Below are positions 32,346-42,522 of a stretch of DNA of 55,162 nt, piece after piece; the first letter of the stretch is position 1, and each line of letters starts with the position of its first letter. Where the stretch lies: the NCBI GenBank assembly GCA_944391755.1, contig CALXUT010000049.1, positions 1-55,162 of the forward strand, written 5' to 3'. The position numbers and the translations under genes were made by a program. This stretch comes from an uncultured Clostridia bacterium. Lineage in GTDB: Bacteria; Bacillota; Clostridia; TANB77; CAG-508. The notes under the pieces were generated by a model that worked only from the letters and a program-made list of their open reading frames with translations, had not been told where the DNA came from and did no database searches.

Positions 32346-32449
32346 CTATGATAAATTTAAATTGTCTTTGTATATGCTATTTACATAACTTATACACTTC
32401 TATGTTATATCAAACTTTCTACAAAAAGTAAATAGATTTTACATATTTT

Positions 32450-33079
32450 TTAAAAATATTTTATGAGTTGTACAATCATTCTATAAGAAATTTCTATCTT
32501 TACAATTGATGCTACTATTAGAATAGTTAATACTATCAATGATATGATACTATGTTTAAAAATAGATAATTTTATATTCTCTTTTCTTCTATCTTTTATG
32601 ATGGAATTATATAGTTTGATACAACTTACTCCTAATATGATAATAGCTGGAATAAATATGATGTTTTGTAATAATACGGTAATTGCTAGAAATATTAGTC
32701 CTTTTATTTTTCCTAAAACATATACACAAGAAGCAATTGTACATCCTAAACAAAAGCCCCTAAACAATATTATTCCAAATACAATTGGTATACCTATGAT
32801 TGTCGTTCCTGCAAACCACAGAAAAAACACTAAAATAATATTATTTTTTATATCTTCTCGTAATTCCCCTAAATAATCTCCATTTTGGAGTTTTTTTGTT
32901 TCATCAATATAGGAATTGATATATTTTTCTATTTCTTCTTTTGAATCCGTTTGATTTACTAGTAAAACTCCCAAAAATATGCCAATTACAAATATCACAA
33001 CAATGATTAAGTATGATTTCACATTATTTTGAACATCTTCCTTAATAATTGAAAAAACTCCATTTCTTTTCTTTCGCAT
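32450..33079 (-). CDS. spoIIM: Stage II sporulation protein M
   Basis: Multi-TM, G.TIIGIP..RGF..G, QNIIFIPA; EndoQ-spoIIM-xerD synteny. Confidence 0.85.
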   Translation of the reverse strand: MRKKRNGVFSIIKEDVQNNVKSYLIIVVIFVIGIFLGVLLVNQTDSKEEIEKYINSYIDETKKLQNGDYLGELREDIKNNIILVFFLWFAGTTIIGIPIVFGIILFRGFCLGCTIASCVYVLGKIKGLIFLAITVLLQNIIFIPAIIILGVSCIKLYNSIIKDRRKENIKLSIFKHSIISLIVLTILIVASIVKIEISYRMIVQLIKYF

Positions 33080-33142
33080 CTTGATTCTCCTTATTCAATA
33101 GACTTTATACATAATGTCTATTCAATAAAGATTTTTTTAGAA

Positions 33143-34336
33143 CTAGGATGCAGTTACTTTTCCGTAATTTCCTCCTCCGCCAGATTCTACTTTTATTTTT
33201 CCCTCTCTGGCATTTACTATATTTTTGGCAACTTTTTCGCCAACTACTGCTTCTATATCATCTTCTGATAATTTGTGTAAAATATTCATTTCTGTTTCAA
33301 ATGTATTTAATAATTTTTCTATTGTTTTTCCTCCAACACCTGGTATAAATGTTAATGGTATTTGATAGATATATGGTGGTCTGTTAGCTGGACTTTGTGT
33401 AGTTTCTTTGTCTTTTATCAGTTCTATTCGGTCAAAAACGCCAAATGTCACTTTATCACTTCCACATTTAGGGCATATTTCAACAGGTTCTTTTGTCTCA
33501 ATTGTGCTATCACAATTATCACAATGTGTTCTATGGTATTTTCCAAGTTTTGGATCTAATCCATAATTTGCTAATATTTTTCTACCATCTTCATTTTTTA
33601 AAGCTTTAACGACTTCTTTAAAACTGATATCTTCTACTTGTAATTTATTATATTCTCTTGCTATTTTAGGTAAAGAATGTGCATCTGAATTTGTTACAAA
33701 CGTTTTATTTTCTAATTCGGATATCATATCTGCTAAAAAAGTATCTGAACTTAAACCTAATTCAACAGCAAAAATTTTATCATACTTTTCTTTGAAAACA
33801 TCTTTTAATCTATCTACACAATTTCCATAATAGCTCTTAAACGGTGTAAAAATATGAGCGGGAATTAAAATTCCATTATACTTTTCTACAATATCTATTA
33901 AATTATATCCTGAAATATCTGATCTTTGTGTGCTTAGCGTTATATTATGAATATGTGTGCTCATTTCTTCTGAAAATGCTTTTATATCTTTTAAATGCGG
34001 AAAAAAACACACATTGTGTGCTGCTCCACTTTTTCCATTTCTTCCTACTTCTGAAGTTTCTACTTCACTTCCTAAAAGAATACATACTTTATCCTTATAT
34101 ATGATTCCACCATCTTTTAATTCGTAGGCATCTCCTGTACTTAAAAACTTTTCTATATCTTCTATTACATATGGTGAAGCGCAATCAATGATACCTACGA
34201 TATTGATTCCTTTTCTTTCAGCACACTCTTTTGCTATATTTGCAAAATTTAAGCTTTTAGCTGCAGTAATCTTAATAGGTTTTCCTGATTCACTTCTTCC
34301 AATATGAACATGTAAATCTGCAAATACTTCGTACAT
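33143..34336 (-). CDS. Endonuclease Q family (TIGR00375; PHP domain plus Zn finger)
   Basis: DLHVH, PAHIFTP, ELGLSSD, NSDAHS, GKYHRTHC..C..CPKCG. Confidence 0.9.
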   Translation of the reverse strand: MYEVFADLHVHIGRSESGKPIKITAAKSLNFANIAKECAERKGINIVGIIDCASPYVIEDIEKFLSTGDAYELKDGGIIYKDKVCILLGSEVETSEVGRNGKSGAAHNVCFFPHLKDIKAFSEEMSTHIHNITLSTQRSDISGYNLIDIVEKYNGILIPAHIFTPFKSYYGNCVDRLKDVFKEKYDKIFAVELGLSSDTFLADMISELENKTFVTNSDAHSLPKIAREYNKLQVEDISFKEVVKALKNEDGRKILANYGLDPKLGKYHRTHCDNCDSTIETKEPVEICPKCGSDKVTFGVFDRIELIKDKETTQSPANRPPYIYQIPLTFIPGVGGKTIEKLLNTFETEMNILHKLSEDDIEAVVGEKVAKNIVNAREGKIKVESGGGGNYGKVTAS

Positions 34337-34348
34337 CTTTTTCTCCTT

Positions 34349-35110
34349 CTATTTTCTTACATTAACTTGATTTAAAATTTTTTCTTCTATTTCACTACTA
34401 AACATAGCTCGATTATCAGATTTTTTGGCATTTAAATCTTCTAATTTATCTATTTTGTTATCAACATTATCAGAATATTCGTTTGCTATTTTCCTTACGA
34501 ATTCTGGTATATTCTTAGATTCCCTAATCAATTTTTGTAATCGTGCAAATACTGTTGTATTGACAGCTCCTTGAATTTGAATTTTTTCCATTGCTTCTAC
34601 AAAATTTCTAAATATTTCTAAGAATCTATTATATTCTGATTTTAAATTTCTATGTTCCAATAATACTAATGCTTCATCTGGCGCAAATCCAACCCTTTCT
34701 GGCCTATCCAATAACATACCTCCAAATTGGTCAACTAATTCAAGTATATCACTTTCTGGCTCTCTTTGGGTTATTTGACTATATCGATTTACACCTTCAC
34801 AAATTTTGCAAAATCTTTCGTCAAAACCTAGTTTCTTTAAGTGTTCAGCCCCTTCAATCGCATAAGTTTTTAATTTTCCTATTTTTTGTGCATCATCTAC
34901 TTTTTTACAATTGCACAAAAGACATGCGGTTAAAACTAAATTATTATCCACTTTTGCATTTGTATATTTTAAAAACATTCTTGCTATTTCTGTTTTAAAT
35001 ATGATCGATTTATCAAAATTGATTCCTAATTTTGGAGCTAAAAAATAAATTATTTCTATTTTTGATATCAAATCTTTCTCATTTAAAATGTATTCAGCAA
35101 AGTCTTCCAT
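34349..35110 (-). CDS. Conserved hypothetical protein, degenerate HD/HD-GYP-like domain
   Basis: ACLLCNCKK at the HD position; ILELVDQFGGMLLDRPERVGFAPDEAL resembles the HD-GYP C-terminus. Confidence 0.65.
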   Translation of the reverse strand: MEDFAEYILNEKDLISKIEIIYFLAPKLGINFDKSIIFKTEIARMFLKYTNAKVDNNLVLTACLLCNCKKVDDAQKIGKLKTYAIEGAEHLKKLGFDERFCKICEGVNRYSQITQREPESDILELVDQFGGMLLDRPERVGFAPDEALVLLEHRNLKSEYNRFLEIFRNFVEAMEKIQIQGAVNTTVFARLQKLIRESKNIPEFVRKIANEYSDNVDNKIDKLEDLNAKKSDNRAMFSSEIEEKILNQVNVRK

Positions 35111-35136
35111 TTTTATCCCCCGTTCTTTTTTACATC

Positions 35137-35182
35137 AAGGACGTTCCTTTTCGTTCAAATTGAACTTTAAGGACTGTCCCTT
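35137..35182. repeat. REP-like nested palindrome
   Basis: AAGGACGTTCCTT...GTTCAA-A-TTGAAC...AAGGACTGTCCCTT. Confidence 0.45.
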
Positions 35183-37020
35183 TAGTTGAAGAATTTATTA
35201 AATTCTTCTTCATTAATTTTTTCTTTTGCCATTAATTCTGAAGCAATTGCATGTAATATATCAATATTCTGTTTTAATATTTCTTGAGCGTTTTGGTAGG
35301 CAATATCTATCAATTTTTTAACTTCCTTACCTATTGCATCTTGCATATCATCTCCAAACATTTGATATTCCAATTGTCCATCATTATCTTTTAATGAGAT
35401 AGGTCCTATTACATCACTCATTCCATAAACTGTAATCATATCTTTCGCTATTTTCGTAGCTACCTCAATATCATTGCTTGCACCAGTTGAAATATCATTT
35501 AAAATTAATTTTTCTGCTGCTCTTCCGCCAAGTAGTGCAATCAATTTTTCTTCCATTTCTGTTTTAGATATATAATATTTGTCTTCATCAGATTTATACA
35601 TTGTATATCCACCGGCCATACCTCTTGGAATAATAGACACTTCTTTTACAGCTGTTTGTGTTGGTAAAAATTGACTAACAATTGCATGTCCAGCTTCATG
35701 ATATGCTGTTAATTTTTTATCTTTTTCAGATATTTTTCTGCTTGTTTTTTCTAGTCCTACTGTAACTTTTTTTACTGCTTCATCTAAATCTTTATTAGTA
35801 ATTGCTTCATGTTCTTTTCTTGTAGCAATGATTGCTGCTTCATTTAGTATATTGGCTAATTCTGCTCCAGTAAATCCTGCTGTATCTTCTGCAATATTTT
35901 TTAAAAATACATCATCTGCTAATTTTTTATCTTTTGAATGAATTTCTAAGATGGCTTCTCTTCCATTTAAATCAGGTACTGGAATTGTAATTTGTCTATC
36001 AAATCTTCCTGGTCTTAATAGTGCTTTATCTAGCATTTCTGGTCTATTTGTTGCAGCCAGTACAATGATAGTTTCTTCTGATGAGAATCCATCCATCTCC
36101 ACTAGCAATTGATTTAAAGTTTGATTATTTTCTGTCTCTGCACCGCTATTGCTTGTTCTTCTTGAACCTATAGCATCTATTTCATCTATAAACACGATAC
36201 ATGGAGATAATTTTCTTGCTTTTTCAAATAATTTTCGTACTCTTGAGGCTCCAAGTCCTGCAAACATTTCTATAAATTCAGATCCACTCATTGATATAAA
36301 AGGTACATTGGCTTCTCCTGCTATTGCTTTTGCTATTAAAGTTTTTCCTGTTCCTGGTTTTCCATATAATAGAACACCTTTTGGTATTTTGGCCCCCATT
36401 TCTGTAAATCTTTTTGGCTTTTTTAAAAAGTCTACAATTTCTTTTAATTCCTCTTTTTCCTCATCTAATCCTGCTATATCATCAAAAGATACTTTTACTT
36501 TTCTCTCTGTATCATCATAAACTTCTCCTTTTTCTCCAATCCCTTGCATTTTAAAAATCATAATAAATAATGCTAGCATAATTGCTGTTGGTAAAAGTGA
36601 TACAATATATGATGGTACTTGTGATAATATACTTCTTGATTTTTGTTCAAGATTTATAGGACTACCTTCTAATGTTTTTTGTTGTACTAATTCCATAAAT
36701 ACCTGTGTACTTGGTATAATAGCAGTTTTTTCTTCTTCTACATCTTTTAATTTTACTTTTAATGTTGTGCTACCTACTGTCATTTCTATTTTTTCTACAT
36801 TTCCCGCATCAACTTCTTTTACTAAATCTGTATATGATAAAATATTTTCTTCTGAATGATTCTTTTTTTGCGTTGTATAGATATATACTCCTATACCTAT
36901 AATTATTGCAATCATTAAAGTCCATAATAAAATATCTATTAAAAATCTTAATTTTTTGTTAGGATTTTTTCCATTCTCCCTTTTCTCATTGTCCTTTTCC
37001 ATCTTCTTCATTCCTTTCAT
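35182..37020 (-). CDS. ftsH: ATP-dependent zinc metalloprotease FtsH
   Basis: 2 [26 protein letters not shown]. Confidence 0.96.
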   Translation of the reverse strand: MKGMKKMEKDNEKRENGKNPNKKLRFLIDILLWTLMIAIIIGIGVYIYTTQKKNHSEENILSYTDLVKEVDAGNVEKIEMTVGSTTLKVKLKDVEEEKTAIIPSTQVFMELVQQKTLEGSPINLEQKSRSILSQVPSYIVSLLPTAIMLALFIMIFKMQGIGEKGEVYDDTERKVKVSFDDIAGLDEEKEELKEIVDFLKKPKRFTEMGAKIPKGVLLYGKPGTGKTLIAKAIAGEANVPFISMSGSEFIEMFAGLGASRVRKLFEKARKLSPCIVFIDEIDAIGSRRTSNSGAETENNQTLNQLLVEMDGFSSEETIIVLAATNRPEMLDKALLRPGRFDRQITIPVPDLNGREAILEIHSKDKKLADDVFLKNIAEDTAGFTGAELANILNEAAIIATRKEHEAITNKDLDEAVKKVTVGLEKTSRKISEKDKKLTAYHEAGHAIVSQFLPTQTAVKEVSIIPRGMAGGYTMYKSDEDKYYISKTEMEEKLIALLGGRAAEKLILNDISTGASNDIEVATKIAKDMITVYGMSDVIGPISLKDNDGQLEYQMFGDDMQDAIGKEVKKLIDIAYQNAQEILKQNIDILHAIASELMAKEKINEEEFNKFFN

Positions 37021-38093
37021 TATGCCTCAGAACCATTAGGCTCTTCTCTATTGTTATTTTCTCTATCATTTTTATCTTTTGTTTCTTTTTTCTTTTTAGT
37101 TTTCTCTTCTCCTTTATTTTCTTTTTCTTTATTTTTTTCTTCCTCACGCTGTCTAATTTCTTCTCTAACTTTTATTTGTTCTTGTTTAATTTTTTCTACT
37201 TCTTCTTGTTTTTTCATATAATCATCTTTAATGATAAATATTGCAGCTGCTAAATATATAAATGCTATTGTTATATACGCTACAGAGAAGTAACTTATTG
37301 TAAAATTCGTAAAATAATTGATAACTACATAAATAATATTTAATATCATTGGTAGAGTTAATGCATATATTGCCATATTATAAATTGCCAATAAATTCAT
37401 TTTTACCCTTGCTGTAATAGAAGTTATCCATCCTAATACTGCTAGTTCCAATGAATCTAATAAAGCAACTATTAGATTCATAACTACTAGATATACAAAA
37501 AGTGACATTCCATATCTCATATAATAGTTATTCATACTTTCACTTCTCATATATTCTATTAGCTCTTGTTTATTAAATGCATTCATATCTTCTTGAGTAT
37601 AGCTTGTAATAAAATCTCTATATGTATATGGCTGTCTAGTCATATTATTATTCTCATCTTTACTCATTAGTATTATCTGATCTTTGAAGAAAAATACGGT
37701 AACACCAACTATACTATTTTCTCCTTCTATTTTTTCTTTTTCTTCATCATTCTCTATATTAGGATTTATATATACCCTATCTATTCCACTGTATTCTTCA
37801 TCATTAACTTCTATTATCATAGGTTCATTTAATTCCATTGATAATTTTCCATCAGAATATGAAAATTCAGGAATATTACTTTCTATATAATTAGATAATT
37901 TTCCAACTAAATCGTGCATTTCTATTAATGAGCCTATTACTATAAATACAGTTACTATGGCTACAGCTATTAATAAATATTTAATCGCATTTTTTATTCC
38001 TTCTGAAGCCATATCTGGATATTTTTCAAATTTTGTTATTGAATACCATACCTTTTTAAAAAAACTTATTTTTTGAGTTTTGTTCTCTTCCAT
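37020..38093 (-). CDS. DUF1189-like membrane protein
   Basis: TM, IPEFSYSDGKL extracellular domain, 3 further TM, charged tail. Confidence 0.7.
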   Translation of the reverse strand: MEENKTQKISFFKKVWYSITKFEKYPDMASEGIKNAIKYLLIAVAIVTVFIVIGSLIEMHDLVGKLSNYIESNIPEFSYSDGKLSMELNEPMIIEVNDEEYSGIDRVYINPNIENDEEKEKIEGENSIVGVTVFFFKDQIILMSKDENNNMTRQPYTYRDFITSYTQEDMNAFNKQELIEYMRSESMNNYYMRYGMSLFVYLVVMNLIVALLDSLELAVLGWITSITARVKMNLLAIYNMAIYALTLPMILNIIYVVINYFTNFTISYFSVAYITIAFIYLAAAIFIIKDDYMKKQEEVEKIKQEQIKVREEIRQREEEKNKEKENKGEEKTKKKKETKDKNDRENNNREEPNGSEA

Positions 38094-38134
38094 TTCTTTA
38101 CATTCCTTTCAATGATGTGTATAATGAATCAATA

Positions 38135-39256
38135 TTAAATATAATCTCTAATGATACTACTGTCTACTAGCATAGGGCTAACTTCAAATACCACTTCATC
38201 ATTTATTTTAATATTTTTGTCAGTTATATCTACTGTTACATGGTACATTCCCAATCTTCCAAGTACTTTGCATCTCTCACCATTTATTTTCACATATAAT
38301 TGTTTGTTTTTAAAGAAGTCTTTGCAATCTCTTATGATGTATCTTAGTTTATCTATTGTTCTAAACATATCTCGATCCACTTTTACATTAAATCCATCAG
38401 CATAGCCACATGGTATGATTGCCACCTTTGTTTCTTTTTTCGTCACATAAGAATTTGAATATCCTATATTATAACCTTTAGGCAATATTTTTATTTCAGA
38501 TACATTTGATTTTAAATAACCGACCTTTTTAAATCCCCATACATTAGGAATTGCTAGTCTGCCTAAAAAAGCAGAACCTATTCTCACAGCATTTAAATGC
38601 ATATCTCTAAATCTTAAAAATGCAGATGAATTACAAATGTGTAACATTCCTGTTGGTATATCATTCATTTTTAAAACCTCTATACATTCCATAAATCTAT
38701 TAAATTGTTCTCTTGCTTCTGTCCCTTTGCCATAAAAAGCAAGTGAAAAATGTGAAAAGGTTCCTTCTATTTTAATATTCGTCCAACCTTTTATTTGTTC
38801 TACCATTTCTTCTCTTCTATTATATATAAATCCATATCTTCCAAAACCTGTATCAATTTTAATGTGTACTCGTGCCATTTTTTCCATTCTTTTTGAAACT
38901 TCTTCAACTACATCTCCTGCTTCTTTTGAGCCTATTGTTAATATTATATCCTTCTCTAATAATATTTCTACATCTCTTTTAACAGCAGTTGAAGACATCA
39001 TTAAAATATCTGCCTTTATACCATTATCTCTAAGTTTCACAGCCTCTTCTACTGTTGCAACTGCTAAAAATTCTATCCCATTGTCTATTAGGAATTGTGC
39101 ATATTTTACTAAACCTAAACCATAGCCATTCCCTTTTACTACTGCAATAATTTTTACACGATTACCATTATCATCTTTATCATTTTCATTTATAATTTCT
39201 CTTATTTTTTTTATATTATTTTTTAAGTTTTTTCTTTCAACAACTAGTGCTTTCAT
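38135..39256 (-). CDS. alr: Alanine racemase family protein
   Basis: AVVKGNGYG (PLP lysine), HIKIDTG.GR, SHF, NS, VRIG, IGYS, GYADG. Confidence 0.85.
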   Translation of the reverse strand: MKALVVERKNLKNNIKKIREIINENDKDDNGNRVKIIAVVKGNGYGLGLVKYAQFLIDNGIEFLAVATVEEAVKLRDNGIKADILMMSSTAVKRDVEILLEKDIILTIGSKEAGDVVEEVSKRMEKMARVHIKIDTGFGRYGFIYNRREEMVEQIKGWTNIKIEGTFSHFSLAFYGKGTEAREQFNRFMECIEVLKMNDIPTGMLHICNSSAFLRFRDMHLNAVRIGSAFLGRLAIPNVWGFKKVGYLKSNVSEIKILPKGYNIGYSNSYVTKKETKVAIIPCGYADGFNVKVDRDMFRTIDKLRYIIRDCKDFFKNKQLYVKINGERCKVLGRLGMYHVTVDITDKNIKINDEVVFEVSPMLVDSSIIRDYI

Positions 39257-39288
39257 ACTACTCCTTTTTTATTACTTTCTTTATTCTC

Positions 39289-39377
39289 ATTCATTATATA
39301 TGACTATTTCGTAGTCGAAACATAGCTAGGGTCTTCCTATAGGTCTCGACATTACTCAATAGTAATATATAATGAAT
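39289..39377 (-). repeat. Long structured hairpin element, copy 1
   Basis: Imperfect palindrome with core AGACCTATAGGAAGACCCTAGCTATGTTT (minus strand). Confidence 0.75.
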
Positions 39378-39408
39378 TGTCTTTCTGAAAGTTAAAAAAA
39401 TTACTAAA

Positions 39409-40461
39409 TTACTTGAATTTCGTTTTTAGTGCTCTTAGATTTCTAAAAGTTTTTTCTGTGAATTTATATATAGAATATGTTAATGGTTTAAAAGGTAAAT
39501 AAACTTCTCCCACAAATTCTGTAAATGTTGCTCCAAATCCTTTTTTGAATCTATATAATCCATATTGTGGATGGTTTTCATCAACAACTCCAGATACGCC
39601 TCTGAAATCATATATATCGTCTTTTCTTGATAAAGCTATTTTTATCATTTCCCATTGCAAAAGATAATTTGGCATTAAATTTCTGTGCTCATTACTACTT
39701 GCTCCATATAAATACCAAGTTTTATTCCCATACATAATTGGTATTACTCCTGATATTGGCTTGTCCTCATAATATGCCATTAATAATTTCATATGATTTG
39801 GTGCTAATGCATCATACATTTTTTCAAAATAAGATAATGGTCTAATGATAAAACCATCTCTTGCTCCGGTTTCTATCATGATTTTATGAAAATCTTTTAG
39901 ATTTTCCCTTGTACCTTCTTTTACAACTACTCCTTTTTTGGTTGCTAATCTTACATTATATCTTGTTTTTGAATGAAATCCTGAAAATATTTCTTCTTCT
40001 GTTTTATTTTTTATATCTAATCTGAAAACATATCTTGGTTGAATTTCCTCTCTGAAATTTTTGGCATCATCTTTTATTTTATATCCAAGATTGATAGCTA
40101 TTTTTCTAAATTCTTCATCACTACTTAATATGTCTGGTTCAGCTTTATATACAAATGCATGATATTTTTTTGCTAATTCCTTTATTCCATCTGTTAATTG
40201 TTTCATTGCATCAATATCATGAATATCACAAGTTGGTCCTCTTGAAGAATACATAATATTTCCGAAAATAGGTATTTTTCTTATTAATATACTTACAGCT
40301 CCAATTATCGTTCCATTTTCATCTTCTGCTAATACAACCTCATTTATCCAATTTGATTTTACTTTTGCCCATTCTGGAGATTGTTGAAAATTGCATCTCT
40401 CATGATTTTCTAAAAATTCTTTATATGCTTGCATGTCTTTCTCATCTGTTACAAATCTCAT
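39409..40461 (-). CDS. FemABX/MurM family peptidoglycan bridge aminoacyltransferase
   Basis: FQQSPEWAKVK, RGP, KTRYNVR, YLYGAS, YDFRG, GLYRFKKGF. Confidence 0.9.
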   Translation of the reverse strand: MRFVTDEKDMQAYKEFLENHERCNFQQSPEWAKVKSNWINEVVLAEDENGTIIGAVSILIRKIPIFGNIMYSSRGPTCDIHDIDAMKQLTDGIKELAKKYHAFVYKAEPDILSSDEEFRKIAINLGYKIKDDAKNFREEIQPRYVFRLDIKNKTEEEIFSGFHSKTRYNVRLATKKGVVVKEGTRENLKDFHKIMIETGARDGFIIRPLSYFEKMYDALAPNHMKLLMAYYEDKPISGVIPIMYGNKTWYLYGASSNEHRNLMPNYLLQWEMIKIALSRKDDIYDFRGVSGVVDENHPQYGLYRFKKGFGATFTEFVGEVYLPFKPLTYSIYKFTEKTFRNLRALKTKFK

Positions 40462-40618
40462 TTATATTATGCCTCCTATTTTATTATTTACTAGTTGTCA
40501 TTATTTTACACTAAATATATTTTTTTTACAAGTAGTTTTTACTTTAATTTCATGATTATTTGTTATATATAAGAAAAAAAGTGAATCTTGTGATTCACTT
40601 TTAAATTCAATTTCATAT

Positions 40619-41911
40619 TTATCTATATTTAATTGTTAGTTCAGGCATACTTGTTCCATCAAAAGCATGGAATTCCACAAAATCTTCTGTATAATAAGCT
40701 GTTCCATCATCCATTATGATTGCAATATAATTTTCTTCAAAATCATTACTAATTGTATAAATATTTTGGATATGTTTATCCTTTAATTCTCCTATTGTTT
40801 CATTTAAACATGTTATTTCATCTGTTTCTATGTTTGCAAAATATGCTTTTCCTTCTTCCGTTATAAAGACATTATATCTTTCATAATCATATCTATCATA
40901 ATTCACTTGAATAGCAGTTGTCATTTTTATATTTTGATTCTCAAAATATCCATTATACAAACTTTCACTTAAGTTTTCTCCTAAATTATTTCCATCGCTA
41001 AAATTATATATTTTTCCATTCTCATCAATGACTGTAAATATGCCACTATTATTAACATATAATGCTGATAGATTTTTAAATTTCATATTTTGAAGCTCTG
41101 AAGGCAATGGAAATACTTCTAACGAATCTTCATTAGTCACATAAAAATTCCCATCATCCAATAATAGCACTTCCATCATTGTCCTTATGTTTTTATCTTT
41201 ATAGTTTCCTTGGGCAAATGTTTCTATGTCAAATTCTTTTTGTAATGTATAATTTTCTAAATTAAATGCATCTAATCTTCCGTTTATTCCTAAATTCCAA
41301 ACTCTTTTATTACTAATAAAAGAAAATCCTATACTATCACCAGAAGTATAACCTCCATAATATCTTAAATTTGTTTCTTCAGACAATTCTCCAAATCTAT
41401 CATTTATACATATTTTATTATTCTCATTAAATAAATATATTTTCGAATCAGTAGTTACATATAAACAGACTTTTTCATCATTACATACAAACCATCTTAA
41501 ATAAGAAATATCTCCTGTTTCTAAATCTATTTCTGCCTGTTCTACATTTCCATCTTTATCTACATAATAACTTCTATTACTATCTATATAAGTAATTTTA
41601 AATTTATTTTTTCCTACCTCTAAATTATACTTTCCTTCTCCAATATTATTATCAAGTTGTTCTCGTAAATTTTCTTCTACTATACTTCCATAGGTATCTT
41701 CTCCTGCCGCTTGCACTGCTGATAATTCTACAGTTTCTTTCTCTTCTGCTATTTCTGTGTCTTCTTTTGATTTTTTGGCTTGATTAAGAAGTCCATTATC
41801 ACCTGTTAATATGCTTATACTAATAGCTGCTAAAATTAATAATACAACAATTGTTACTACTAAAGCTATTAATGTAATTCCTTGTTTTTTTCTTAAGTTC
41901 ATTTTTTCCAT
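40619..41911 (-). CDS. Type IV pilin-like protein with large C-terminal beta-rich domain (start reassigned to 41911)
   Basis: KKQG|ITLIALVVTIVVLLILAAISI..LTGDNGLL prepilin-type N-terminus; SD AAGGAG. Confidence 0.8.
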   Translation of the reverse strand: MEKMNLRKKQGITLIALVVTIVVLLILAAISISILTGDNGLLNQAKKSKEDTEIAEEKETVELSAVQAAGEDTYGSIVEENLREQLDNNIGEGKYNLEVGKNKFKITYIDSNRSYYVDKDGNVEQAEIDLETGDISYLRWFVCNDEKVCLYVTTDSKIYLFNENNKICINDRFGELSEETNLRYYGGYTSGDSIGFSFISNKRVWNLGINGRLDAFNLENYTLQKEFDIETFAQGNYKDKNIRTMMEVLLLDDGNFYVTNEDSLEVFPLPSELQNMKFKNLSALYVNNSGIFTVIDENGKIYNFSDGNNLGENLSESLYNGYFENQNIKMTTAIQVNYDRYDYERYNVFITEEGKAYFANIETDEITCLNETIGELKDKHIQNIYTISNDFEENYIAIIMDDGTAYYTEDFVEFHAFDGTSMPELTIKYR

Positions 41912-42192
41912 ATTTTCTTCTCCTTCTTTACACATGCACACACATAAAATATAGATTTTAGACAGTGCAATATAATTTTTAATCATTAAGTAGATTACTT
42001 TACGAAAAAATATTTTGAATTTCCTCACTATACTCATATATGCTAACATTTCCGAAAAATAAAAAATAATACATTTTATTTAATAAATAAATAAAAATGT
42101 CTTGAAATCTAATTTTTTTATTGATATACTAAATTCATTAAGTAATCTAATTGACGATAATTCTTGTGCAAACGAAAAGGTTTGTCCTCAAA

Positions 42193-42477
42193 TTATCTAT
42201 TTAGTCCTTCAACAATCTCCACAATATCATAAATATATTTTCCTATAATCGGTAAATTTAATCTCACCAATTTTTGTAAAAAATAAATAATAAGGGCTGT
42301 TATGATTGTAACACCAATTCCTATCCCTATACCTCTAAAAATTCCTGCTATTAGATTTCTTTTTGCAATTTCCTTTTTATCTCCCAATATATATGTTATT
42401 TCTTCAATATTTGATTTTTCTAAAATATTTAGCACCTTTTCTAAATTATTATTCAAAACTTTCTTCATCTTAAACAT
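42193..42477 (-). CDS. DUF5665-like small membrane protein
   Basis: NLIAGIFRGIGIGIG..LPIIG.YI.DIVEIV. Confidence 0.75.
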   Translation of the reverse strand: MFKMKKVLNNNLEKVLNILEKSNIEEITYILGDKKEIAKRNLIAGIFRGIGIGIGVTIITALIIYFLQKLVRLNLPIIGKYIYDIVEIVEGLNR

Positions 42478-42522
42478 AAAAAAACCATCCTAACTATTTC
42501 TATTAGAATGGTCAATTTTCGT

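Noticed and set aside
42160-42192. c-di-GMP-I riboswitch upstream of the pilin-like gene
   Set aside because: Only a short CAAAC/GTTTG hairpin, without the GACGCAAA second stem, and the GCAAAC..GAAA resemblance is on the wrong strand.
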